The position numbers and the translations under genes were made by a program. A DNA stretch of 64,000 bases. Origin: Paraphysomonas bandaiensis. Taxonomy: Eukaryota; Protista; Chrysophyceae. The DNA is taken from contig CBFFRP010000218.1 in NCBI GenBank assembly GCA_965644295.1, positions 248,001 to 312,000 on the forward strand, read 5' to 3'. Below the pieces are notes generated by a model. The model was not told where the DNA came from and searched no databases. It was given only the letters and a program-made list of their open reading frames with translations. Of this stretch, positions 48,400-61,809 are shown one piece after another. How positions within the stretch are numbered: the first letter of the stretch is position 1; each line of letters opens with the position of its first letter.

Positions 48400-49696
48400 A
48401 TCTAGAACTACGCATAAGGAAACAGGTATAGTAGATATGGAATTTAAAATATCTGAAAACCTCAAGAGATACATGGAAACATCAACACCTATTACCATGA
48501 CAAACGGCTCAAAGCCTTTAGGATGAGACCACATTTGAAACGCTACTATAAGCAGAAATCCCATGAAATGGAGACCCTTACACCCAGAATCCAACATACC
48601 CACTCACCTCCAACTTAGGCTACGTCAATTTTACCGTGCTAAAGGAATCCCAAAGCAGCTCAAATAACGCAACATATGTCGGAGCAGGACACCAGGTTTC
48701 TATGCCAAGCTCCACACTCGTGCGTATAACCATACTCCAGACCCTCCCATTGTTCAGGAAACAACCTGACCCCCTACGATCAAATAGGAGGTCTACACTT
48801 TGATAAAGCATCTATACCGTCACGAGCACAGCTCCATCTGGTGAAGAGACCGGATCATGGCACCAATTCTAAAGAAACCTAGTGACTCATCACAAACGCA
48901 TCTTAGACCCATATCAGTCTCCTTAAAAAGACGACCAAACATCTTACAATAAAAAACATTCAACAGAAGCTATTATGTCCCTTACATCATGGCTACTGCT
49001 GAATGGAGGAAATACTGCGACACACCTGTGAACAAGCGCGTAGATGGGGATGAAAGGATATGCACTCTACGTGACTTCAAGAAGGCCTCGAATCGATCAT
49101 TCGTAGTCTACTCGTCTTGCGTGGGCACAACATGGGGAGCCTCGCTGAGTGTTTGGAAGTCCTGGATGCAGATAGCCTCACTTGACCATGGACTCCCTCA
49201 ACAAAGTCGGACTCGCACCTTGGTGTTCTGGGGGATAAGAACCGGAGAGATTCTCTCTGGGAAACTAACGTGACCCGCAAACATAGTCAGCAGATATTCT
49301 TATGCACACTCATAGCCGAATGCTTGTGTGGTACAAGGGACACCAATAAGTGTCACTTGTGTAGACGTCTTTGGGCCCTGACGAATAAACAGGCATCCGG
49401 GAATGGGACCACCTCAAGGGCATCCGGGACAGGGCCCACCTAAAGGGTAACTTGGGTATTGGGCTGCCTGCTGAAGTCAAGCATCCGGGATGTTCACCTT
49501 AAGAACTCAGAGCGGAAGTGAACGCACCCTGGTGCTTGCGGCGACGCACAAGCAGCTTTCGTAGCATTAAATAGTAGGATAAAAAAAGGGTGTACTAATT
49601 AGTTACAGGTAGAGGTCTAACTAGTTTGTCTAGCATTCATTTAGCTACTAAGTTGGTGCAGGTTTTTAACGCCTATTGCTAATAATAAGACATTCA
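48400..49696 (+). mobile_element. Degenerate non-LTR retroelement 3' portion (left boundary uncertain)
   Basis: 49203-49696 is homologous to 62625-63112, and its end matches the TSD-flanked 3069-3162 insert. Upstream are broken coding-like frames. Confidence 0.6.
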
Positions 49697-50185
49697 ATAC
49701 ATGACCATGGCCTCAGTTCACGGCCAACCACATGAAGTACGAAACTAGGGCAAGGTACTCAGCAACAATTGTTACAATATCTCACACCACACATATGACG
49801 TCACGGCTGAAAGGGGTGCCACAGAGCTACTTGCACATGTGTTTTTCTCTTTACATACCTCTCTGCTGGCCAGAGAAATCATCACCATCTCTCAAGGATG
49901 AGCTCCCACCTATGGATGAACCACACCCCATCTTCATCCAGACTTGAGTAGGCAACTCTCCTAATAGCAACCCCTGACAGCAGACGACTTCACAAATATT
50001 CCCCCCAACAAATAGTAGACCATATCTCATCACTTGTGCTTTCTCTGGCATACTAATAGCCACCCAGAAAGTTATTTTCCTCGTGCACCCTCTCTACAGA
50101 GTGGGATTCAGACTGCTCCCTTGTATCTCACGATGAGACCGCATTCCACTCCACCTCCAAGCTATCAAACACATAGGCACCACTC

Positions 50186-50214
50186 ACAAGACAAGACAAG
50201 ACAAGACAAGACAA
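50186..50214. repeat. (ACAAG)n microsatellite
   Basis: Direct reading. Confidence 0.85.
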
Positions 50215-50718
50215 GGAGTCGTACTATTCAGGCTAGCAGCCCCCATTAGGTCCTAACTCATGGTCATGATCACACACACTCATCTTCTGGGCCTGCAATC
50301 TATAAATATAGTGACCCGCAATGGGCCATGTGCGTAATCGGCATACTTTGTATATTTTTGTTCCAAGATGCCTCAAATATTGAGACAAAAATTATCTGTA
50401 TTCCAGCCGTAGATGTACTTCAGTAATATAAAAGAATTTTGCTTCAATATATTTCCGAAAAATATAATGCTGACTGCCGATACGTGACCTGTGGACATAC
50501 ACCGTATACTATGATACACTCTATACGGTACTTCTGTATGCAGTATCACAGTACAGAGTTCTGCCGTGTTTTTGAATATAAATTTTGAACTATACGCCAG
50601 ATACAGCCGTATGTAGGTCGTAGTGTACATGTGCGTCAAGGAGAAAGATTCAGTGCCCTCATCTATCGGCTTCAGTTGTTTGATTCAATAAAGTGTACCA
50701 ACCTACCGCAAAGGTGTC

Positions 50719-53700
50719 ATGAAATTACAGGAGCTAGAGTCTTTATTCATTGAGAAGTTGACTGAGAAGTATCGTCTGACACAGAGAGATATTAAACGAG
50801 CGTTCATTAAGTTTGACACTGACGGGAGCGGGTTTTTAAGTACTTCAGAACTCACTGCAGCGATTGGGTTGTTTCTTAATGGCATAGATAGGAATCTAAT
50901 AGTAGAACTTGTTCAACACTATGACGTTGATCAAGATGGTGTGATTAGTATCGATGAGTTCAGTGAGTTTTTGTTATCTAGAAACTCTGAAGACAAAAGT
51001 AAATGGCTCACTGTGGACCACTTAACCACGAGCAATCCACAACGGACTCAATCTCGTCAAAAAAGGGGAGTTAAAGAACATACTGTGCAAATTCATGAAG
51101 ATCAATCGGATTCTATTCACTACCGGGCCAAAATGTTTCTGCAGGGCATGAAAGCGTTATTGATTAAGCAAACTTTGGATCGTCGACGTGAGGGTGATAT
51201 TAGTCACAAAGAGAGGAGAAAGTATAGTACCAACGCGCTGATAGAGGCAGAATCCAAGGCCAATATTCACGCAGCATTTTCGCCACTTGTGCAAAGTGAT
51301 GGTGTTTCTTTTGCAAGCTTTGCGAGGTTTATGCCCCTTGACAGTGAACGTGTTTAATGTAGGATATTGTTTTGTTCAGAGTTTTACGGCGGTATGTGCC
51401 CCCAGGAACGCGAGATGTTGGAGAGGACGTCTTACGATATATTTTTGAGCAGTGCGGAGGATCGGTCAGTGTTTAAAATACTCTCTAAGTTGTGGCATGA
51501 CATTTTTGTCAATATCACAGACTGGTGTACCGTCATCTACTGGTGCCTCTCCAGATATTCTACTAAGTTTGCTGTTTGATAAAGGTGCTACCACTGTTAA
51601 TCAGTTTGGGTTTACTCATGAGGTATGTGGCTTTCGTTGACTCATTGTATCGTCATCTGATACTGGTGCATAGGTGAAACCTGCGTTGAGCACTGGCAGG
51701 TAACATATCTTTATACTTCCACCTCATGCTTCACGAAAACCTGTTCAATACTCAGAGAAACTGTGGGTGCTGGTCCTTTGCGTGTTCCTCGTCCTAGCGA
51801 TACTGTAAAAAATGACAATGTGTATGTGACTCCTCATCAAATAGCGGATGTACCAATGCGATTCGTCACAAGGAGGTGGGTAGCCTACCATGCTCTGCTT
51901 CAGAAGTAATGTACCCGCACAGATGCAAAACCTCTCTTGCCGTGCCGTCAAACTTCAATATGCGCCATTTGGACAGGTGAACGTATTATGCTTTGTTTTT
52001 CTTGTTACATCATTCACAGGTCTGCTCGTCCTCCGCCGTATGAGTGCGTGAGAGATTATGTCTTTGGCATCAAGTCAGCTGTCACATCTGGTAGCTGCAT
52101 ATATCCATGTCCGCTTCCTGTGAATGAAGAAGACGAGGAAATGACAAATAAAATTATTTACGCATCTGCAGCGCTTGGAGTGGTTCATGACACTGTCACC
52201 AACCGGTACCTTTCGTAATATTTTCTGTCCATCTTAGTTTATTCTACATATGTTTTTTTCAGTCAACTGTTCTTTGAAGGACATGATGACGATATCACGT
52301 GCATCACAGTGGCACCAGGTAATATATTAGGGTTGTAGCCCTTATGTTAACTATACGTTTAGGCTCCGCAGGGTTGGTCGCTACCGGTCAACTTGGGAAA
52401 AAATCTGTGGTTTGTATATGGGACTGTTCTCTGCTCGGTGTAAGAGATGGATCGTCATCATATTCCCATCGATATAATGTAAGCGACGGCGGACTCATTG
52501 CGAGGTAGTTTTTGTTAATATTGAGGTGCTGTATATTCACGTAATGCCAGAGTTGGGCTTGGTTTCTTCCAGCGTGCTGTGTGTGCTGTGACTTTTAGCT
52601 ACGACAGTAAGTATATTTGCGCTATTGGGTCCGATGATCATCATGCCATGGGTATATGGGACATTGGTTCTGGTGATCTGATAGCAGAGACTGCATCCCA
52701 AAGTGGCGTGCCCCCTCAGATAACTTCAGTGTCGTGGTGTCCTAGTCCTCAGTTTGCAAGTTTGTATATGTATTTAACTGCATCTGCAGCTCTTAACATG
52801 TGTCATTGATGTGCCTAGCGTATATTAACAAGGACCACAATGGCTTGAGTGATGTTATTTGCACGACTGGTAGTAGCTTTGTCATTTTTTAGCATACGAT
52901 AACACTCATTACAGGAGTAAGTCATCTGAAATTTTGGTCTTTCATTCGACCATCCCAGAGCTCCTCGAGGTCTAATGTGGGCTTTACTTTCCGTTCGCAC
53001 TGGATGGGGAGGGTAAATACACATGAAATATAATATTCTGTAGTTACTATGCTAAACATTAGGTGACCGTTAAAAAGCCAAAGGTTTTTACCTGCTCTGC
53101 CTTTGTTCCTTCTTCGGATGAAGGATCTCGTGTTAGCGAAGTACCGTCCTATGATGTCGTCACTGGAGGAGATAATGGCTATGTTTTTCTGTGGCGTAAA
53201 TCGAAATGCATTTTTGCTGTTGATGCCATTCACAATGGAGCAGTTCGTTGCTTGCAGTGGATAGATGCACATGTGTACTGTGGAGGCAGTGGAGGCTCCG
53301 TGGTTGTTTTGGTTAGAGCATCTCTGGAAGTTGTTGCAGTTTATAGCGCCCTTCCTTGCCGCGAGCCTACTACTGCCGTACATGGAGAGCCGCCCGGATT
53401 CGGTTCTAGAAGTCCCCGATCATCTGCGACTGGTACGGGACGACGCCCTGTAAGTGCTCCTCGAGGAAGGAGGTTACCGGAAGGAGAGGCAGCAGCAGGA
53501 GGAGGAAGACCTAGTTCACGAGTTGCTCATATCAGTCGGAAGGGTGGTGTCAGAGGTCCTAAGAAACAATGGGATGGACCCAGGGATCATAAATTGGTGA
53601 ATCACACACTACCCAGTGGCATAAAAGCATCTACAGATGTGTATAGCATCGCCTTAATTCAGGTGAATCATGTGCCAGAGTATAATATACTTACGATTTC

Positions 53701-54938
53701 TCAGGCTCCAGGTGGAGTGAAAAAGAGAGTGAATGGGACATATACTTCCGTTGTACGGATATTTGCAGTCACTGGGTTCGGGAAACTGATGGAGCTTGAT
53801 ACTACGGGTAAGACGTTGATTTTGTTATGAGGTACCTTATCGAATTGACGTAGGTTCTGCCCCCGCTAATCCACTTCTGTCGTTTCACTATGGCCCGGTT
53901 TGGGCTGTCGGAACTTGCGGTGGCGCGATGAATTCTCTAATACTGACGGGAGGAGATGACAAGTGGCTCTGTCTCTGGAACCATATCAATATGTCTTTAG
54001 AAGCCAGGTGCCGTTCGAAGGCACCGATTCGGTGTATCGATGTACACTTCTCCAACAATATTGTGTCCATTGGAATGGCGGGAGGGGCTTTTGCTATGTA
54101 TCGCCTCGAAAAAAGCCGAGGAGGGAGTTCACATGCTCTAGTGCGAAGTACGAATCCATCGATTTATTCTCTTCATGAAATAGAGTCACGGAAAGATTGT
54201 CTGGAAGACATATCTGATATCAAATTCAGTCCTAACGGGAAAATGCTTGCTGTAGGATCCCATGACAACTATATTGACATATATGCCACAAACATTACTC
54301 CACCCACACTAACTGAGCTTGCAACATGCTCTATTCGGCAACTTAAGAGACTTCGAGGGCACACTAGTTATATAACCCATTTGGATTGGAGCATAGACAA
54401 CAAATTCATAAGATCTACTTGTGGTGCGTATGAGTTACTTTTTTGGGATGTTACTTCTGGGAAACAGAGTTTGTCTTCATTTGATACTCTTGAGGCTGAT
54501 GCTTCGTGGCATACATCTACTTGTATATTAGGGTTCAACCTCATGGGGTGAGAAATGACACAACAATGTAGTATTTTTATATGATATACTTTTGCGTCTT
54601 GTGTAGTATTTGGCCGAAGCATTCCGATGGGACGGATGTCAATGCAGTTGATGTTGATTCTCATCATCAACTTGTTGCTACAGGTATGCAACTGTGAACG
54701 ATGTGATACATATTTACGTCTAGTTGACTTTACAGGCGATGATTTCGGCAATGTGAATGTGTTCAATTATCCGTGTGTAGTGAAAGATGCTCCAGGTATA
54801 CACTGTGGGGGACACAGTTCTCATGTGATGAATTTAAAGTTTGCATCACGTGATGACAGCTCAGATGATTTAACTAGTTTAGTCACAGTTGGAGGGAATG
54901 ATAACGCTGTGATGATATGGAGAATTTTAAGAACTTAA
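50719..54938 (+). CDS. EF-hand plus echinoderm microtubule-associated protein-like (HELP/WD40) protein, multi-exon
   Basis: EF hands DTDGSGFLSTSE and DVDQDGVISIDE; IIYASAALGVV..FFEGHDDDITC; IKFSPNGKMLAVGSHDNYIDIY; GHTSYITHLDWS; GHSSHVMN; VGGNDNAVMIW. Confidence 0.9.
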
Positions 54939-55226
54939 GTGCTGTTGTACATTCCGGCTTTGGTAATGGTTAAACCATGAGTAATTATTAATAATTTCCG
55001 TACTAATGGGATTTAGATGCAAAACACATAAGCAGTTGAATGAGCTGATTACTTTCTAACTAGGCTCATGGTGATGATGGAAACAGTTGACAAGATGGGG
55101 ATACGCATGGTTATGACTGATGAATAAGAAACAGCTTCTACTAATCACACAAACGATATTCACACATCACACAGTACGCATTATAGTTGTCAAGGTTGTC
55201 CTTTTTCTAAACAGAAGATTTTATAT

Positions 55227-56413
55227 CAGGGCTAGGAAACAATATATTGCAATACTATTGTAAGTTAGCGTTCTCTCAATACTATTGATGGAGATTTTAA
55301 GCAGGCTCAACAATACAATTACAATATATTGCAATATATTAGTATGACTAAGCAGTAAGTAAACACACCCGTAGATTCCATTTTTAGTATTAGTCATTAA
55401 GATCTTATGACAACCAAACCCACAACTGCTTATAGCTACTAAAAATCCACCTCGTTCTCATCCTCTGAGCCATCATCGCTGACGTCAACATCACCATATT
55501 CTTCCAAAATTAATTCTGAGGCTGCTTAAACTTCCCCATGAGTAGGTCTACGTGCCGAATGAGAGGTCTAATGCCTTGGTCAGGTCTTGTCACAACTCCT
55601 TCCTTATTTCGCTTCTCTTTGCTCCCGAGGAGTTCATTGACCGCAAGGTCGATGAGATGACATCCAACTAGGGGCACACCTATACACTATTGAAAAGTTA
55701 TAACAGACGACGATTTTACTCAAACAAAGGTATTACCGGAATCGTTTGCCAGCTTTCTGTTTGTAACGCAGTTGTTCCCAATGCAAAACTCAACAATAAT
55801 GCAAACATTATCAGCATTAACCACTCTACCCACTCTCAAAAATGTTTTTGCTTTGCCCGAAGGTTGGAAAACAAAAGCATCCATGGGACCATTGGTGCAG
55901 ACAACCCGTAAATACTTCTTCATGGAATCTTCCCACTCACCATCATACATGTGACGATGTGTGGTTATTCAAGTTGTAGCCATTCGATATCTTCTGTACT
56001 CGTATGCGCCCACAGACTTTTCATTCATGCTTGTTTGGTTCACCTTCAACCGGACTCCAAAAACAGCGGTAAATATCTCTACTTTTGTATGCATTCATCG
56101 TTCAGTTGTCTCTTCTTATCACTATAGGATATATATACTCTATTAAGAGAAGTACTGTACATACATGTGGAGGGGTGTAGAGTGAGCTGGCAATACATGG
56201 CTTTTTTTCTTATTTTCCGGATATTTGTATACATGGACTTGTAGTTTTTACCCTACAGTTAAGAATATGACTATCATAATATTGATTGCAATATATTGTG
56301 AGCCACTTTAACAGAAACAATATTGATGGAAATTTTGGCCGGTCGAACAATCAATATATTTTACAATATATTGTACAATGTATTGCAATTCAATATATTG
56401 TTTCCTAGCCCTG
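55227..56413 (-). mobile_element. Internally deleted hAT DNA transposon
   Basis: 23-bp TIR CAGGGCTAGGAAACAATATATTG; 8-bp TSD TTTTATAT (55219-55226, 56414-56421); transposase relic VPLVGCHLIDLAVNE on minus (~55630-55678). Confidence 0.9.
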
Positions 56414-57562
56414 TTTTATATATATTTCCGGTAGAAATTGGGAATATTCAGTGGTCGCTAGTAACTAAGTACAGAAATACTACTCTACTTCCAATATATT
56501 CCAACAGTTGCACGATATACTGCTAAGAGCTTTGAAAAGCATTGACACACAATTCAGACCAACAATAAAAGTGCACAATATTGTTCCCTACTCTAATAAA
56601 GTATATGTGTACACAAAATCGTAAGTATCTCCTCAATAATAAACGCTGATAAAGAAGCAATTAACGTTATGCTTCATTTATGTATTTATAAAGGAATTGT
56701 AATCGAGAAGGAAAACAACACTTAGAGAAAAATCACCATGCACCAGATTTTCACCTCTCAAACAGAAAAGGTAAAAATTTCGGGGCGTATACGTGATTTT
56801 TCGTAGGAAACTATTACATCAATTTCATTGCCTATATCTACCCGCACAATTCTGCACACATAGTTTCCTGTGGCAATTTATTGGAGCCATTGACACTACA
56901 ACATTTCCTCAGCCCCGAAAGGGAGGTCCATCTATTCGGAGACTTACAGTGAAGATATAATAGAACGTACAACTACACCTGACGAGATTCAACTCAATGC
57001 TGACAAAGCGCAAGATGAGATCACTGATAACAGTAACAGAAGATATGCACAATCAGCTGCAGGTGATCATGCTAGGTTAGAATCAGTAGAGGTCAGATTG
57101 TACCGAAGTTAATACTGCATACATCGATCCCAAACGGCGTAAACTCGTTAGTCCTGATAAAATACATATAAATATTACAAAGTGAAAGGCGAACCCTTCT
57201 ATGATTCCGCTCATCAGAGTGTTGTCGTCCTACATGTATGCTTTCATACAACACCTCAATGATTTGATTCAATATTATGATAAGCAAACGTCAGATAATT
57301 CTCTAACTCCTTTTCTTTCCGCTCTAACACTCTCTGTAGATTTGAACTTTACTCGTCCGTGGACTCATCAGGCTCTGGCGAATCAACTGACGCTGGGTCA
57401 TTTCTTGTCCTCTCCACACGAATGTATTCCTTATATGGGAATGGCGGATTGGATGCCTCTCAAGCATATATATATATGCACATACACTTGCTCTGATTCT
57501 TCATTGCATTCTGCTGTGCGTGTTGAATAGCCCACAATACCACAAGATTCAGTGAAACTCAC

Positions 57563-57613
57563 ATAAAATCCTTAAAATCCGTGATAAAATCCTTAAAATC
57601 CATGATAAAATCC
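57563..57613. repeat. Short TAAAATCC tandem repeat upstream of TRAP-alpha
   Basis: Five TAAAATCC copies. Confidence 0.75.
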
Positions 57614-57796
57614 GGAGAACCCAAAAAAACATCATAATTGCTGTGTGCTCCTGCTGGTGATGTCTGGATTGTGTTGTATGTGGGTGATATTATGGCTGTT
57701 GAGCTACAAGATGGTTGCAATCCTCACTTGACCACTGCTGTATTGAGGGGAGGCGTTACTATCTCTACGGGCTACCAAGCAGAATCTGTGGCGAAC

Positions 57797-58622
57797 ATGA
57801 GGTTCTTGTGCTTTACCTTTTTAAGTGCAGTTCTATTTTCAGTAGGATTCGCTCAAAGCGATGGTTCGGAAGGACAAGCAACACAGCAACAGCAATTTAC
57901 ACATCCACTGACGAATATGCCCAGTGCCGTAGAGGATGTTGAGACCTCATTTCTTTTTCCAGACCATCCTGACAATAAATTTCCTATTGGTGAAGTTGTT
58001 ACAGTGCTGTGCCACTTTTCAAATGATGATCAGTATGCCTACAATGTTACTGCCATTATGGGAAGTTTAAATTCACCATACGATTTCAACTTTCATGTAC
58101 AAAACTATTCTTACAAGCCTATTGGCGTTGTGGTGAGACCCGGAGATGAGTTTACTTTTGAATATCAGTTTCATGTAAGATTTTGATGTTAGTCTATTGC
58201 ACCTGTAATTTAGAACAGTTGCACCCCGACCTCCAACCAGTGGAGTACGCGCTTGCACACACAGTATTTTATGATGATGAGAGGGTATCTTACAGTTCAA
58301 CATTTTTTAATCAGGTTTGTGTGGTTTGTGTTCTGTGTTCTATAATCTCATGTCTCCATCAGACTGTGGAGTTATACTACCCTACCGATGATTTTGATTT
58401 GATAACCACAGCAAGGCTTACTTTTAGCATTCTGTCTACGATTGGCCTTATCTTTGTCTCACTCTTTTTATGTTTTCCTGAATTTAACTTTGAAATGAAG
58501 AAGACAAACAGCATGAGGGGGACGCACAAATCGGTGGGTAGTGTACATAGTGGTCTTATTGCTTACGCTCACCACCAATAATATAGGCTCCAGAAGAGTG
58601 GCTAGAAAATTCTGGAAACTAA
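57797..58622 (+). CDS. SSR1: Translocon-associated protein subunit alpha, 4 exons
   Basis: Signal peptide, DVETSFLFP, YNVTAIMGSLNSPYDF..QNYS, FEYQF, STFFNQTV, TM segment, terminal EEWL. Confidence 0.9.
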
Positions 58623-59727
58623 TTTGCAGCTAATTTCTCTTTTGGTATTGATATTTTCTTCTAGAGTGTAGTGTGGATTTGTGGTTGAAAACTCAGCAAC
58701 ATGTTAATGAGTCGATACCAGGGAAAATATTGGGTTTGGTAATAGTAATAAGTTAATAAGAACCACGAATTTCCTTTTACTGCAAATTCTAACCGGGAGA
58801 TGGGTTATATTTTTCTGTCAGCCTTGTCGAATGTATGCGCATTAGACAGCTCTCTATATTAATGATACTACTACAACCCTCTATTGACAATATACTAATC
58901 ACTAATCAAAGGTTGTATGGTTATAGTCAATAGAGGTGAAGATAGTTCGCTTATCGAAGAGTAAATTATTAGGTCTGCTACCACCGCTGTATACTGCTAC
59001 ACCAACCCAACAACAGATTCTCTGTTGATGTACAATATATATCACCAGATTTAAACTCCATTTCATTCGAACCGGCCTCAATACGTAGTGAACTGCGGTC
59101 ATTGTCTGAAAAGTAAAACCTTTTTTCCTACTAACGACTGTTTCGTGTGATATTCGTAAAAACTAGTATTGCATACACTATACAGATATCCATATCGTTT
59201 TGTGGTACCTCATATGTGGTGGGCATAAAATACATAGTTTGTAGCGACTTTTCTTATCATATTCCAAAGTAAAATAAGACTTCGTCTTGAAAAATGTCTC
59301 CACTGTACACATATGCATTTGTAACTGAACTTTAGAGTCGAAAGCTAATTTTTATAAATGCATCGGCATTGTAACAAAGTATAACATGATAGACATGATA
59401 GTGATTGGTATGAAGTGTACGACATGATAAATAGCTACAAGGATAAGTAGCTATCAAACATGGAAGGCGCTGTATATCACTAAATAGTAGAAAAGACAAC
59501 GGTGTTTAATAATAAGAGAAGGGTGGATGCAACTTGAGTTTTTTAGTAAGGGCTAGAAAGCCTTCGCATGAAGTATAGAAATATAAGAGCAGAGACTAAA
59601 CGCATTGTAGAACCACATTACTTGGAGTAGACTCTTGTCATTGAGTATATATTTCATAGTAGGTACTGATATGGACAACAATGAGAATCGATGTCGAGGT
59701 CGTAGATGTGGATTATGATGATGGATA

Positions 59728-59755
59728 CAGCACAGCACAGCACAGCACAGCACAG
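59728..59755. repeat. (CAGCA)n microsatellite
   Basis: Direct reading. Confidence 0.85.
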
Positions 59756-60099
59756 ATGATGCGTATCCGGACGATATGGCAGTCAGTCCTCACTGCTTGT
59801 GTTGTAGCTATGTGTAAACTGGTATACGAACCAATACTCCAAGATTAATAAAAAAACTGCAGGATTTTCCTAAAACTCGGCTATATTTACTCGGAACTAA
59901 TTAGGTATCTAGATTTCCAGCTTTTGTGTGCTGTACAGACAGCAGTGTAGACAGCAGTGTATACGTACATGTCCGAGTAGTTGTGTGCTGTAATGTCTGC
60001 ATGGTTGTTATTAACAGGCAGGGTGTAAGTATTGCCAGAGCTCCTCCATCATTGCATGAGTAGTGTACACAGATACCATCGGCTGTTACAGTAGTGGTT

Positions 60100-61809
60100 A
60101 TGGATACAACAACTTGTATTGATAATTGTAAGAAGCGGAAGGCGTTTGCATATTCAGAGGACGGCAGCGCAGAGTTCGAGACTGAATACTGCGAAGGCGA
60201 CGAGTATGATGCTTCCCTTAGCCGCTTCAATACAACAAAGATGTTGAAGCTGGAACCTGAGAGTGAAGGAAAGGATAGTGTTCAAGATAATAGAAAGTAC
60301 TTTACCGGACGTGTAGAAAAAGCGTTGGTAGAGTTAAGTAGCGTCAGCAGAGTGTTGGATTTATTGAAGCGAAAGGAAAATTTGAGTCTTTTGACGTGTG
60401 CGCGACAGTCACAGCCTTTGAAAGGGAGTGTTGTACCAGTTACTCAGCGCATGGCTATGAAGCGGGATGGACTGAAAAGAGGTATGGATATATTAAGCCG
60501 AGGCTTGAAGAATACTGCACAGCTCGTGAAGGAAAGGCAGCGATTTGCAGTAGAGTGTATTGCTATTAGGAAGCGATGGAGGTTAGTGCACATTCCAACC
60601 TCTCAAAGTATTATTCCTCGGCCGGTTAGCCATTCGGATGGCATATCGGTCGATTGCTCCTTTTTCAGCGCTGGTGACAGCATTGAAATTAATGATCACA
60701 CTCTGGGAATCAGAGTGGATGATAAGTGTTCTTCAAATTCAGACCATTCGAATCACCTAAAAACAATATGTATCACCCTATTATATAATGATAGGCATGT
60801 TCTTGCCAGCTGCAATGATTGGGATGTGATGGTACCAGCTCTTGCTGTTGACAGAGTACCAGGGTCACTGGACTGGGAATGTGTACGAAAGCAGCATGAT
60901 GTCGCCTCCCGCCGATTCTTTTTGACGGTTACTTCGGCAGCTACAACTGGTAGTTTCCCGTGGACGGTTTCTTCTCTAGCGTCATGTCCTCAATGTAGTG
61001 ACGGTGTCTCAGATGAATGGCTACCAGACGCACTTCAAGCGTTGTACAGCCACCCTTTGCATCAGAACTTACAAATTTTGTCGCTGACTAGGTCTGAGGT
61101 ACGAGTGGCTGTATCACGGTCACTGTCGCTTTCAATCACCCTCGCTCCTCTTCCAGATAGTGTATGTTTTGAGAACCGTACAGCTGATGAGGAGCGCTGC
61201 AAAGAAGCACTGTTGGCAGTGTCGCGGGCATGTTTGGCTCTTCAGAAGAATTTAATGTTTTCAATAACGAAGAGGTTTCCCACCATTTTGAATGTCGGAA
61301 ATTTGAATGATGAGTTCTCCTGTCGAGATGCTGAGGCTGGGAACGCTACCATAAAAAACGCAAGGGAAGTTAAGGAGGATGTAGTGCAATTGCTCCTGCC
61401 TGTATTGCATAATGTACAGCTTACTATAATGAGCAGTCGGGTCAAAAGTGCCCTTTCGAAGTGCTCCATAAAGTCTTCGTGGTTACCGCTGAAGTCTAGC
61501 TGTAGTCGAAGAGCAGTTCTGCTTCGAGTGCTGAATGGAGAATTAGTTACGCTAGAAATATCTCCCACATATACTGAGGTCATATTTTCTTCTTCGACAG
61601 TGACTAAAGTATTTTTTCAGAGTGCTCAGATGGACGCGCTAGTAAATAGTTTTAGCAACTCTGTTATGGAGAGCACTAGCCAACTACTCCCGGCTGTTTT
61701 GAATTCCGTCACTTCAAATACTTGTGGCTTCCAGATTGAATCCCCGCATGTTAGGTTATATGATTATGATGGAATTTGTCGCTTCCTTTCGCTATTTAGT
61801 CAGATATAG
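60100..61809 (+). CDS. MED17: Mediator subunit 17-like protein
   Basis: Intronless ~569 aa. ALVELSSVSRVLDLL and KRDGLKRGMDILSRG..F....IRKRWRL resemble the Med17 N-terminal helices. Confidence 0.65.
   Translation: MDTTTCIDNCKKRKAFAYSEDGSAEFETEYCEGDEYDASLSRFNTTKMLKLEPESEGKDSVQDNRKYFTGRVEKALVELSSVSRVLDLLKRKENLSLLTCARQSQPLKGSVVPVTQRMAMKRDGLKRGMDILSRGLKNTAQLVKERQRFAVECIAIRKRWRLVHIPTSQSIIPRPVSHSDGISVDCSFFSAGDSIEINDHTLGIRVDDKCSSNSDHSNHLKTICITLLYNDRHVLASCNDWDVMVPALAVDRVPGSLDWECVRKQHDVASRRFFLTVTSAATTGSFPWTVSSLASCPQCSDGVSDEWLPDALQALYSHPLHQNLQILSLTRSEVRVAVSRSLSLSITLAPLPDSVCFENRTADEERCKEALLAVSRACLALQKNLMFSITKRFPTILNVGNLNDEFSCRDAEAGNATIKNAREVKEDVVQLLLPVLHNVQLTIMSSRVKSALSKCSIKSSWLPLKSSCSRRAVLLRVLNGELVTLEISPTYTEVIFSSSTVTKVFFQSAQMDALVNSFSNSVMESTSQLLPAVLNSVTSNTCGFQIESPHVRLYDYDGICRFLSLFSQI

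Noticed and set aside
49370-49500. Hammerhead (CTGACGA) or HDV-like (GAATGGGAC) ribozyme
   Set aside because: The core is not conserved in the 62800 copy (TTGACGA) and I could not build the required stems by eye.
56880-57530. Coding-like fragments between the hAT element and TRAP-alpha
   Set aside because: Short, interrupted and without identifiable homology.
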